From contig NZ_JBMVQY010000003.1 in assembly GCF_049537125.1 (NCBI RefSeq), positions 323,128 through 387,127 of the forward strand: a stretch of DNA of 64,000 nt, in the 5' to 3' direction. The DNA is from Limisphaera sp. VF-2. GTDB lineage: Bacteria; Verrucomicrobiota; Verrucomicrobiia; Limisphaerales; Limisphaeraceae. The position numbers and the translations under genes are program-made. The notes below the pieces were generated by a model. That model was not told where the DNA came from. It saw nothing but the letters and a program-made list of their open reading frames with translations, and made no database searches. How positions within the stretch are numbered: position 1 is the stretch's first letter; each line of letters opens with the position of its first letter. Of this stretch, positions 16,802 to 26,200 are shown one piece after another.

Positions 16802-17538
16802 ACCGGTCCCGATCGATTCCCCCGGAATCTTCCGGCAATTCCTGGCAGGGCCGGCCGACCCCGGTCCTGCGCCCGGCCGGTCCGGCACCGGCTCCTGACG
16901 AGGGCGAGCGTCCCGGGCGGGTGTTGCGGGGGCTGCTGCGCAAAATTTCGGACACCCCGTTGATCCTGTGGCATTACGTGTCGAATCCCCGCCGCATCGG
17001 CGCGGTGGCCCCCAGTTCCGGGTGGCTGGCCCGGGCCATGGCGCGCTGGGTGGAGATTCCCCCGAAAGGCTGGGTGATCGAGTTGGGTGCCGGCACGGGC
17101 GCGGTCACCGAAGCGTTGCTGGCCCGCGGCGTCCCGCCGCAGCAGCTGGTGGCGATCGAGACGGTGCCCCGGCTGGTGGAAGTGTTGCGTCGGAGGTTTC
17201 CGGAAGTACGGCTGTTGCAGGGCGACGCGCGAAAGTTGACCGAGCTGATCCATGGAGCCCTCGGGCCCAACGCTCCCGTGGCGGCCGTCGTGTCCAGTCT
17301 CCCCCTCCGCGCGTTTACGCCGGAAGATCGGGCCCGGGTGGTGCAGGGCATCCGCGCGCTGCTCCCGCCGGGCGGGCGCTGGATCCAGTTTCGATACCGG
17401 CTTCGCCACGAGCCCGCGTTGCATTGGGAAGGCTTTCATCTCCGACAGTCCGTGGTCGTCTGGCGCAATATCCCGCCGGCCCGCGTGGTGCTTTACGAGA
17501 GGGCCGGAGAGAACGCACACGCTCGGCCTCGGAGTTGA
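16798..17538 (+). CDS. Class I SAM-dependent methyltransferase (PmtA / rRNA-adenine-dimethylase-like fold)
   Basis: ...[24 protein letters not shown]...[19 protein letters not shown]...; start overlaps the pyrB stop (ATGA). Confidence 0.7.
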   Translation: MNRSRSIPPESSGNSWQGRPTPVLRPAGPAPAPDEGERPGRVLRGLLRKISDTPLILWHYVSNPRRIGAVAPSSGWLARAMARWVEIPPKGWVIELGAGTGAVTEALLARGVPPQQLVAIETVPRLVEVLRRRFPEVRLLQGDARKLTELIHGALGPNAPVAAVVSSLPLRAFTPEDRARVVQGIRALLPPGGRWIQFRYRLRHEPALHWEGFHLRQSVVVWRNIPPARVVLYERAGENAHARPRS

Positions 17539-17868
17539 AAGCCCGCCGTGGCGCTCCGGCAGGTTGCGGGTCCCGCCGTGGGTTCCACCGGCGCCCGGCG
17601 TTGCGCAGTTCGGGCCCCCAGGGTTCCCGACGCGTGATTCCTGCCCGAGCGGGTGCGGCAAGCAACGAGCTCGCCCGTCGAGCCCTTTCGTGCTTCCGGG
17701 ACTTTGCGGGCCAACAGACGGGCTTCGTTTTTTGCGCCGGGCACGAATCCTCGCCACCGACGCACGAATCACGGGCCGTGGGTCGCGGTCGCAAAGCACC
17801 GCACGTCCCACAGGCATCGGCGGACCGCGAACCGGGCTTGTCAGAGGTGCCCGGCCGAGGGGAGTTTG

Positions 17869-19344
17869 ATGGCCATGAAATCGACCGGTGTGGCGGCGAC
17901 GGGCTGTCCCTTGCTGACGGACTTGTATCAGTTGACGATGGCCCAGGGGTTTTGGAAGTCGGGCCGGGCCTCGCTCGAGGCGGTGTTCCACCTCTTTTTC
18001 CGCGAGAACCCGTTCGGAGGTGGATTTGCGCTGGCCTGTGGGCTGGAGGACGCGGTGCGATACCTGGAAGCCTGGCGGTTTCAGGAGGAGGACCTGGCCT
18101 GGCTTGCAAGTCTGGCCGGCCCGGATGGTCGGGCGCTGTTCGATCCGGCCTTTCTCGAGTTCCTCCGCAATCTGCGATTTGAATGCGACGTGGATGCCAT
18201 CCCCGAGGGCACGGTGGTGTTTCCCCACGAGCCGTTGGTGCGGGTGCAGGGACCGATTCTGCAGGCGCAGTTGATCGAAACCGCCCTGCTTTACTGGATC
18301 AATTTCCAAACCTTGATTGCCACCAAGGCCGCTCGAGTATGCCTGGCGGCCGAGGGGACACCGGTGTTCGAGTTTGGTTTGCGTCGGGCGCAGGGCGGAG
18401 AGGGGGCGCTGGCGGCGGCGCGGGCCGCGTATGTGGGCGGCTGTGCTGGGACTTCCAACGTGTACGCCGGTCGGCACTGGGGGTTGCCCGTGCGCGGCAC
18501 GCATGCGCACAGCTGGGTCATGGCCTTCGAGTCGGAGTTGGACGCGTTCCTCGCCTACGCCGAGGCCATGCCGCATAACTGCGTTCTCCTCGTGGACACC
18601 TACGACACGCTGACCGGCGTTCAGCATGCCATCGAGGTGGGGCGACGACTGCGGGAACGCGGTTTCGAGTTGTTGGGCATTCGTTTGGACTCCGGCGATT
18701 TGACCTGGCTGAGCCGTCAGGCGCGCCGGCTGCTGGATGAAGCGGGATTCTCGCAGACCCGCATCATCGCGAGCAATGACCTGGACGAATACCAAATTGC
18801 CCGACTCCGGCACGAGGGGGCGTGCATCGATGCCTGGGGAGTGGGCACCCGACTGGTCACCGGCTGGGAACAGCCGGCCCTGGGCGGGGTGTACAAACTG
18901 GCGGCGGTGCGCAAGGCCGATGGTTCATGGCAGCCGCGCATCAAGGTGTCCGAGTCCGCCGCCAAAACCACGACCCCCGGCCGGTTGCAGGTCCGCCGGT
19001 TCCAGCAGGGCGAACAGTTCGTGGCCGACGCCATCTACGACCTGGATCAGCCGGAGCCCGAGCATTGGACGATCGTGGATCCAGCGGATGCGACGCGGCG
19101 GAAGCGCATCCCTGACGGGTTGCCGGGGACGGATCTCCTGGTGCCGGTGTTCCGCCGCGGGCGGCGCGTCATGGAGCTGCCGGAGTTGGAGGCCATCCGG
19201 CTGCGGGCGCAGGACCAGTTGCGGCGGCTGGATCGCGGTGTGCTCCGGCTGACCGAGCCGTACTCCTATCCTGCGGGACTGGAGCTGGGCCTGCACGAGC
19301 GAAAGCTTCAGTTGATTCTGGCCGCCCGCGGCCTGACCGGGTGA
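17869..19344 (+). CDS. pncB: Nicotinate phosphoribosyltransferase
   Basis: [32 protein letters not shown]...[23 protein letters not shown]...[11 protein letters not shown]...IRLDSGDL... (NAPRTase family). gaggggag precedes the ATG. Confidence 0.87.
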   Translation: MAMKSTGVAATGCPLLTDLYQLTMAQGFWKSGRASLEAVFHLFFRENPFGGGFALACGLEDAVRYLEAWRFQEEDLAWLASLAGPDGRALFDPAFLEFLRNLRFECDVDAIPEGTVVFPHEPLVRVQGPILQAQLIETALLYWINFQTLIATKAARVCLAAEGTPVFEFGLRRAQGGEGALAAARAAYVGGCAGTSNVYAGRHWGLPVRGTHAHSWVMAFESELDAFLAYAEAMPHNCVLLVDTYDTLTGVQHAIEVGRRLRERGFELLGIRLDSGDLTWLSRQARRLLDEAGFSQTRIIASNDLDEYQIARLRHEGACIDAWGVGTRLVTGWEQPALGGVYKLAAVRKADGSWQPRIKVSESAAKTTTPGRLQVRRFQQGEQFVADAIYDLDQPEPEHWTIVDPADATRRKRIPDGLPGTDLLVPVFRRGRRVMELPELEAIRLRAQDQLRRLDRGVLRLTEPYSYPAGLELGLHERKLQLILAARGLTG

Positions 19345-19469
19345 GGGAGACCATGCCCGGCGCGGTAGAGTTGGTTCGGGGTGGGACTGGCTCGTGTTTG
19401 ATGGTTTTGTCGGTGTGAAAGTTGCCCATGGTGCGTTCCATGGCTTGCTGAATCCGCGTCACGTGGGGC

Positions 19470-19725
19470 GGCTCGATGCGGTGCGGGCCGAAGGCGCCTC
19501 TATTCGTCAGCCCGGCGTAACGCCCCGGGGACTCGGCCCGCGAAATCCGCCGTGCCGTGAAAGGGCGCAACTTCATGTTCCCCTCACGAGGGGCGGGCAG
19601 GTGTTCAGACCGAGTTCCGCTCCTTCAGGGCCCGATTGCACTGGACGTTCCGGCGGCCTAGGGCGTTGCTTTGGGCTGAAGAATCCCCGCCCCGTTGGGG
19701 CGGACATGCGACACGCGGAAGGTGC
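19470..19725. repeat. Copy D of the composite hairpin repeat family (M1 tail, H-M2, H'-M1) inserted between pncB and pncA
   Basis: Seen directly. 19486-19500 cgaaggcgcctc (M1 tail). 19508-19640 cccggcgtaacgccccggggactcggcccgcgaaatccgccgtgccgtgaaagggcgcaacttcatgttccc...ccgagttccgctccttcagggc. 19659-19720 tagggcgttgctttgggctgaagaatccccgccccgttggggcggacatgcgacacgcggaagg. Confidence 0.62.
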
Positions 19726-20134
19726 AAAACATATCCGGATCTGGCGCGGTCAGCGGGAATCAGATTTGGATGGCGTTGGTTTCGAGGATTGCCACTTGCT
19801 GGGGAGGAAGCAGGCATCGCCCCGCCCTCCGGTGCGTTTCCAAAGGTGGCCAAGATTGTGATGCGCCTCGCGTCGATCGCGCGAGGCGAATCCACACATC
19901 GAAGGCAGATCCATTGGTCAGCCCGGTTTTTCGAGGCCGGGGACCGAGGGGTTGCACCCCCGAGGGCCCGCTTCGGGCCTTGGAATGATTGGCCGGGGTC
20001 AAGCCGACCCCCAGGTGGTCGTTCCGCCGCCGTGGCGGGCATGCCCCGACTTGTGTGTCCCACCCGGGCCTTTTTTCACGGCGGGGCGCAGTCCGGGTTG
20101 CGGCCGGCCGCAAACGGGCTCAAGTTGAGCGCGT

Positions 20135-20755
20135 ATGCGCTGCCTGTTGTTGGTGGATCTGCAAAACGACTTCCTGCCCGGGGGCGCCCTGCCGGTTCCG
20201 GAGGGCGATGCGGTTTTGCCGGTGATCAACCGGATACAGCCTCAATTCGATTTGATCGTCGCCACGCAGGATTGGCATCCGCCCGATCACCTGAGTTTTG
20301 CAGCCAATCATCCCGGTCGGCGCGTCGGTGAGGTGATCGAGCTGGACGGACTGCCCCAGGTGCTCTGGCCGGTGCACTGTGTGCAATTCACCCCCGGGGC
20401 CGAACTGGCGCCCGGTCTGGACACGCGGCGCATCGTCCACGTGGTGCGCAAAGGGACGGATCCGCGAATCGACAGTTACAGCGGCTTTTTCGACAATGGC
20501 CATCGCCGTTCCACGGGCCTGGCGGATTTCCTGCGCCAGCAACAGGTCCGGGAACTTTACGTGGCGGGCCTGGCCACCGACTACTGCGTGCGGGCCACGG
20601 CGCTGGACGCGGTGCAGCTGGGGTTTCCCACCTATCTGATCACCGATGCCTGTCGCGGCGTGAATCTGAAGCCGGGCGACGTGGACCGTGCCCTGGAAGA
20701 GATGGCCCGAGCGGGTGTGCGCCTTTTGCGCAGCAGCGAGCTGGTCGGGCCCTGA
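20135..20755 (+). CDS. pncA: Nicotinamidase / pyrazinamidase (isochorismatase family)
   Basis: MRCLLLVDLQNDFLPGGALPVPEGDAVLPVINR...VATQDWHPPDHLSFA...YVAGLATDYCVRATALDA.... Confidence 0.85.
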   Translation: MRCLLLVDLQNDFLPGGALPVPEGDAVLPVINRIQPQFDLIVATQDWHPPDHLSFAANHPGRRVGEVIELDGLPQVLWPVHCVQFTPGAELAPGLDTRRIVHVVRKGTDPRIDSYSGFFDNGHRRSTGLADFLRQQQVRELYVAGLATDYCVRATALDAVQLGFPTYLITDACRGVNLKPGDVDRALEEMARAGVRLLRSSELVGP

Positions 20756-20868
20756 GGCGGGGGCACGGTTGTCCGGGCCTTCTCCTGCGCCGCATCGGGT
20801 GGGCCGCACAAAAGTCCGGCGCGCACAACAGCATTGCGTTCGGATGCGCGCTTCGCTCTTTTGGCCGG

Positions 20869-21936
20869 GTGCAACTGAGCTGGCATCGCGTGAATCTCAA
20901 GCTGGTGCATGCCTGGCAGATCGCCAGTGCACCGCCCACCCGCCATCAACCGGTGGTGATCGTGCAACTGCGCGATGCGACCGGGCTCGTGGGCTGGGGC
21001 GAGGCGGCCCCCTCGCTGCGGTACGGCGAGGATGTGGCCGCCGTGGAGCGGTTCCTCGCCCGCGTCGACCCGCAGCGGCTCCGTTTCGAGGATTTGGTGG
21101 GCAGCCGACGGTATCTGGAGAGTTTGGAACCCGGGCCGGCTGCCGCGCGCTGTGCCCTCGACGTTGCGTTGTGGGACGGAGCGGCCCGCAGGGCCTGCCA
21201 GCCTTTGCATGACTTTCTGGGCCTGGGCTTCGAGGAGGGTCGGCACGTGAGTTCCTTTACCATCGGTCTGGACACGCCGGAAATGGTGCAGGCAAAGGTG
21301 CGGGCAGCCACCGGATACCCCGTCCTGAAGATCAAACTGGGTACGCCGCGCGACGCGGAGATCCTGCGTGCGGTGCGCGCAGCGGCTCCGGCCGTGCGAT
21401 TGCGGGTGGACGCCAACGAGGGCTGGCCGACCCGGGAGGAGGCGCTGCGTCGGTTGGAATGGTTGGCGCAGGATCCTGCGATCGAGTTCGTGGAACAGCC
21501 GATGCCGGCCGATCGGCCGCTCGAGGACTGGATCTGGTTGAAAGAGCGGTCTCCGTTGCCCCTGATCGCGGATGAGTCCTGTCGCACAGAGGCGGATGTG
21601 CCGCGCTGTGCCGAAGGGTTTCACGGGGTGAATGTGAAGCTGGTCAAAACGGGCGGTCTGACGGGCGCGCGGGCCGCGCTGGAGCGGGCGCGTTCGTGCG
21701 GGTTGCGGACCATGCTCGGCTGCATGATCGAGAGCAGCGTGGGCATCAGCGCCGCCGCGCATCTGGCGGCTCTGTGCGACTTTTTGGATCTGGACGGCAA
21801 TGTCTTGATCGGCAACGACCCGTTTCTCGGGGTGGGCAACGAACAGGGGCACCTCACCTTTGCCCATGCCCCGGAGCCATGGGGCTTGCGGGTGGCGTTG
21901 CGTCCCGGGGTGGCATGGCCGCCCGAATCCGCCTGA
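20869..21936 (+). CDS. Enolase-superfamily MR/MLE enzyme, probably L-Ala-D/L-Glu (dipeptide) epimerase
   Basis: ...VLKIKLGTP...LRVDANEGW...FVEQPMPADR...IADESCRT...KLVKTGGLTGA.... Confidence 0.78.
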   Translation: MQLSWHRVNLKLVHAWQIASAPPTRHQPVVIVQLRDATGLVGWGEAAPSLRYGEDVAAVERFLARVDPQRLRFEDLVGSRRYLESLEPGPAAARCALDVALWDGAARRACQPLHDFLGLGFEEGRHVSSFTIGLDTPEMVQAKVRAATGYPVLKIKLGTPRDAEILRAVRAAAPAVRLRVDANEGWPTREEALRRLEWLAQDPAIEFVEQPMPADRPLEDWIWLKERSPLPLIADESCRTEADVPRCAEGFHGVNVKLVKTGGLTGARAALERARSCGLRTMLGCMIESSVGISAAAHLAALCDFLDLDGNVLIGNDPFLGVGNEQGHLTFAHAPEPWGLRVALRPGVAWPPESA

Positions 21937-22009
21937 GCCGGCGCAGTGAAGACGTGGCGGCGTCCGGGGGCGGAAGACACGCGATTGGGAAATCAACGCG
22001 GCCCCGCGC

Positions 22010-22960
22010 TTGAGTTGTGGAGGAAACGTCCGATGGATAGCATCGGATCCGAACAAAACCGTGAAACACCTGTTGAGCATTGAATCGCTGAACGCTTCGG
22101 ACATTGAGCAGTTGCTGGCCGAGGCGAAGGTCATGAAGCGCGAGCGGGGCCGCCACGCTGCAGAACCACTGCGGGGCCAGACGTGGGCGATGATCTTCTC
22201 CAAATCCTCCACGCGCACGCGCGTGTCGTTCGAGGTGGGCATTCGGGAACTGGGCGGGCAGGTCATTTTCCTCAATGCCAGCGACATTCAGTTGGGGCGG
22301 GGCGAGCCGATTTGCGACACGGCGCGCGTCCTGGGCCGCATGGTGCACGGGACCGTGTTTCGGACCTTTGCCCAGGCGGATGTCGAGGAATTCGCCCGCT
22401 ACGCCGGCATCCCCACCATCAACGCGCTGACCGACGAGGAACATCCCTGCCAGATTCTGGCGGACCTCTTTACGATTCAGGAGAAACAGCCCGGCCCATG
22501 GTCGCAGAAAGTGATCACCTTCGTGGGCGACGGGCAGTGCAACGTGGCCAACTCGTGGATTTTCGCCGCGGGCCGATTGGGTTTTGAACTGCGAGTGGCC
22601 GCGCCGCCCGCGTTTCAACCCACCCCGGCACTGCTGCAACGGGCCGGCGGGCGGGTCCGATGCGTCGAGGACCCCCGGGCAGCGGCCACCGGCGCGGACG
22701 TGTTGTACACCGACGTGTGGGTTTCCATGGGCAAAGAGGCCGAGGCCGCCGAGCGATTGCGACAGTTGGCCGGTTACCAGATCAACGACGCCCTGGTGGC
22801 CAGGGCCAAACCCGGTGCCCTCGTGATGCACTGCCTGCCGGCTTACCGGGGCAAGGAAATCGACGCCGGCACCTTCGAGGCCCACGCGCAGACCATTTTC
22901 GATCAAGCGGAGAACCGTCTCCACGTGCAAAAGGCCATCCTGGCCTGGGTGGTGCGCTAG
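22010..22960 (+). CDS. argF: Ornithine carbamoyltransferase
   Basis: ...KHLLSIESLNASDIEQLL...IFSKSSTRTRVSFEVG...DEEHPCQILADLFTI...VMHCLPAYRGKEI.... Start uncertain; GTG at ~22060 (VKHLLS) is an alternative. Confidence 0.85.
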   Translation: MSCGGNVRWIASDPNKTVKHLLSIESLNASDIEQLLAEAKVMKRERGRHAAEPLRGQTWAMIFSKSSTRTRVSFEVGIRELGGQVIFLNASDIQLGRGEPICDTARVLGRMVHGTVFRTFAQADVEEFARYAGIPTINALTDEEHPCQILADLFTIQEKQPGPWSQKVITFVGDGQCNVANSWIFAAGRLGFELRVAAPPAFQPTPALLQRAGGRVRCVEDPRAAATGADVLYTDVWVSMGKEAEAAERLRQLAGYQINDALVARAKPGALVMHCLPAYRGKEIDAGTFEAHAQTIFDQAENRLHVQKAILAWVVR

Positions 22961-23251
22961 TCCGCGCGCGTGGGCTGCCTGTCCTGCGAATCGAGGTGCG
23001 GGACCGGCCGCTTGCTGGTCCGGATGCCGTGGGGTGTCCTTGCCATCGACCGCGAGGTCTTGGAGATTGAGTTTGCCATGGGCAGTCCCAACCCGATCTC
23101 CAAAGGCTGGCGTGCGGAAGCAGGGATGCCGGGGAAGCGCATATTCGGTTCGCGGTGGATCGAGCCCGGCTCGTGGGTCGATGGCATGGGTTCGAAAACC
23201 CCCACCTTGCGCGGCTGCCTTGCCGGATCGGTCCGGCGTGCCGTGACCCGG

Positions 23252-26200
23252 ATGGTGTACCTGTTGTGGGCCCTGAGCCTGATCACGCTCACGGCCCAAA
23301 CCGTTCCGCTCATCCCCCCGGCCAGCGTCTGGCGCTGGCTTCCCGGCACCAACGAAGCGTCACGACCCGATCCCGCCGCCTGGCGTCTGCCCGAGTTCAA
23401 CGACTCCGCATGGCCCGAAGCGCCCATGCCCTTTTGGTATGGGGACCGCCAACCGGACCCGGGCACGGAGTTAACCACCATGCGGTACAACTACACCTGC
23501 ATCTTCCTCCGACGAAGTTTCGTTGTGGCAAATCCCTCGGCGGTGGTGGGGCTCCGCCTGTACGCATTGAGCGACGACGGGTTCATCGCCTGGCTCAACG
23601 GGGTCGAGGTGGCCCGGTTCAACATGCCCGACGGCTTTGTGCCCTACAACGGCACCTCGTTGCCGGCGTTGCCGGAGCCGTTGATCGGTGAGAGTTACGA
23701 ACTGGGACCTCCGAACGTGCTGTTGCGCCCCGGGACGAACGTCCTGGCCGTGCAAGCGTTCAATTCCAGCCTCGGGAACTCCTCGGACTTTGTCATCCAC
23801 GTGGATTTGGAGGCCGAATTCGACGATAGCCCGCCGTTGCTCACCCTGATCTGGCCGCCCCCCGACAGCCGACTGCAAGAGCTCCGTCGCATCGAAGTGG
23901 GGTTTTCCGAACCGGTGACCGGAGTGGATGCGGCGGACCTGCGGGTCAACGGCGTTCCGGCCACGAACCTCGTGCTCGTCGGCCCGGACCAGTACGTGTT
24001 CGAGTTTCCGCCGCCGCCTCCCGGGCCCGTGGCAGTGGAATGGTCCACGGGCCATGGGATCACCGATCCGGTGGGTTGGCCGCTGGACGCTCGCGGGTGG
24101 TCCTACACGATCGATCCTTCCGCCGCGGTCCGCAGCGTCTGGATCAACGAGTTCCTCGCCTCCAACAGCGGCCGGTTGCCCGATGCGGTGCGCGACGAAC
24201 TCGGCAACAGCCCGGACTGGATCGAACTCTTCAACGCCGGCGACTCGTGGTTGGATCTGGGCGGATGGTCCCTGACCGACAACGCCGCGCAGCCGGCCAA
24301 GTGGCGCTTCCCCGCCGGCACGCTGGTCGGGCCGCGCAGCTACATGCTCGTCCTGGCCTCGGGACGCGACACCAATGTGCAGGGCCGTCTGCACACCAAT
24401 TTTCGTCTCTCAGCCAGCCCGGGTTATTTGGGGCTGTTCACGCCCAATGGCGAGCCGGTCTCCGTGTTCAGTCCAAGTTACCCCCAGCAATACACCGACG
24501 TTTCCTACGGTCGCGACCGACTGGAGCCCCAGTTGTTGGGCTATTTCACCCAGCCCACGCCCGGCGCGCCCAACGCCACTCGAGGTGCCGGATTCGGCCC
24601 CGAGGTCCGGGCCTCGCGCGTTTCGGGGACCTTTCTCGATCCCTTCACCCTGAGCCTGACCGTGCCCGACCCCAATGCGTGGGAAATCCGCTATCTGCTG
24701 ATCACCACCAACGTGCCCGCCTCCAGCCCGGCGCCCACCAACGTGCCCACCACCACGTCCCCCCTCTACACCGGGCCCATCAGCATCACCAACACGGTGA
24801 TCGTGCGCGCCCGCGCCTTTCCCAAACAGCCCGGATTCTTTCCCGGACCGCCCGCGAGTTTCCTGTATGTGCGGCTCGGTGCGGCGGCGGCAGCGTTTAC
24901 CTCCCCCCTGCCCATTCTGCTCATTCATAACCTGGGCGGCGGGGCCTTCCCCAGCACCCAGCCCCGACTGGACCGGGAAAGCATTCTCATGGTGTTCCAT
25001 CCCATCGGCGGGATTGCCTCCCTGACCAACCCGCCCGCCTTGGTGACGCGGGCCGGGGTCAATGTCCGCGGCAGCAGCACTGCAGGCCTGCCTCAGAAAA
25101 GTTACGCAGTGGAAACCTGGGACGAGTTCAACGACGACCGCGATGTGGAGCTTCTGGAGATGCCGGCGGAATCGGACTGGGTGTTGTACGGCCAAAACCT
25201 CTTCGACCCCTCCTTTCTGCACAATCCGCTGGCTCACGCGTGGAGTCGGGCCATCGGCCGATACTCGCCGCGGACGCGCTTTGCCGAGGTGTTCGTGAAC
25301 ACCACGGGCGGTCAGGTGCAGTTCAATGCCCCCGCCGGAGGCGACTACCACGGCCTCTACACCGTGCTGGAAAAGATCAAGCGCAACGATCAGCGGGTCA
25401 ACATCGCCCGGCTGGAGGCGGGGGTGACGAACCTTCCGGCATTGACCGGGGGTTACCTGCTCAAGGTCGATCGCGCCGATGCCGATGAACGCACGTTTTA
25501 CGATCCTTACCTGGAAACCAGCATCGTGTATGTGGATCCCCCCGGGCCGGACATGATGACGCCGGCGCGCTCCGCCCAGGCCCAGTACATCCAGAACTAT
25601 CTCCTGAACTTTGGGGCCGCCCTCACCAGCGCGGAGTGGACCAATCCCGTCACCGGCTACCATGCGTGGATCGACGTGCCTTCCTGGATCGATCACCACC
25701 TGCTGAATGTGTTGGCGCTGAACGTCGATGCCCTGCGGTTGAGTGCCTACTTTTTCAAGGAGCGAGAACGCAAACTCGAGATGGGACCGTTGTGGGATTT
25801 CGACCGGGCCATGGGGACCTCGGGGGGCGGCGACCTGCGGGCGTTCAATCCGCGCTCCTGGATGGGCTCGGTGGGCCTGGGCGGCGGCAGTGATTACGGC
25901 ACGGACTTTTTCAATGCGGCGAATGTCTTTCCCAACGGCTGGTATCGGCGCCTGTTCCGCGATCCCGATTTCTGGCAGGCATGGATCGATCGGTGGCAGG
26001 AACTGCGGCCGGGCCCGCTCCACACCAATGCGCTGTTTGCGCTGGTCGATGAGATGACCAATCAGATCGCGGCCGTGCACACCCGGCAGACCCAGCGATG
26101 GTCCGGGTCCGCTCCGCGCTCCGGCACCGTCAGTTCCGCGGGGTACTCGCACTGGTTCCCCGGCACTTATGCGGGCGAGATCGCGTTTTTGAAACGCTGG

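Noticed and set aside
20632-22287. 551-aa minus-strand ORF covering the epimerase and argF region
   Set aside because: Antisense to two well-supported enzymes; the translation has no recognisable features.
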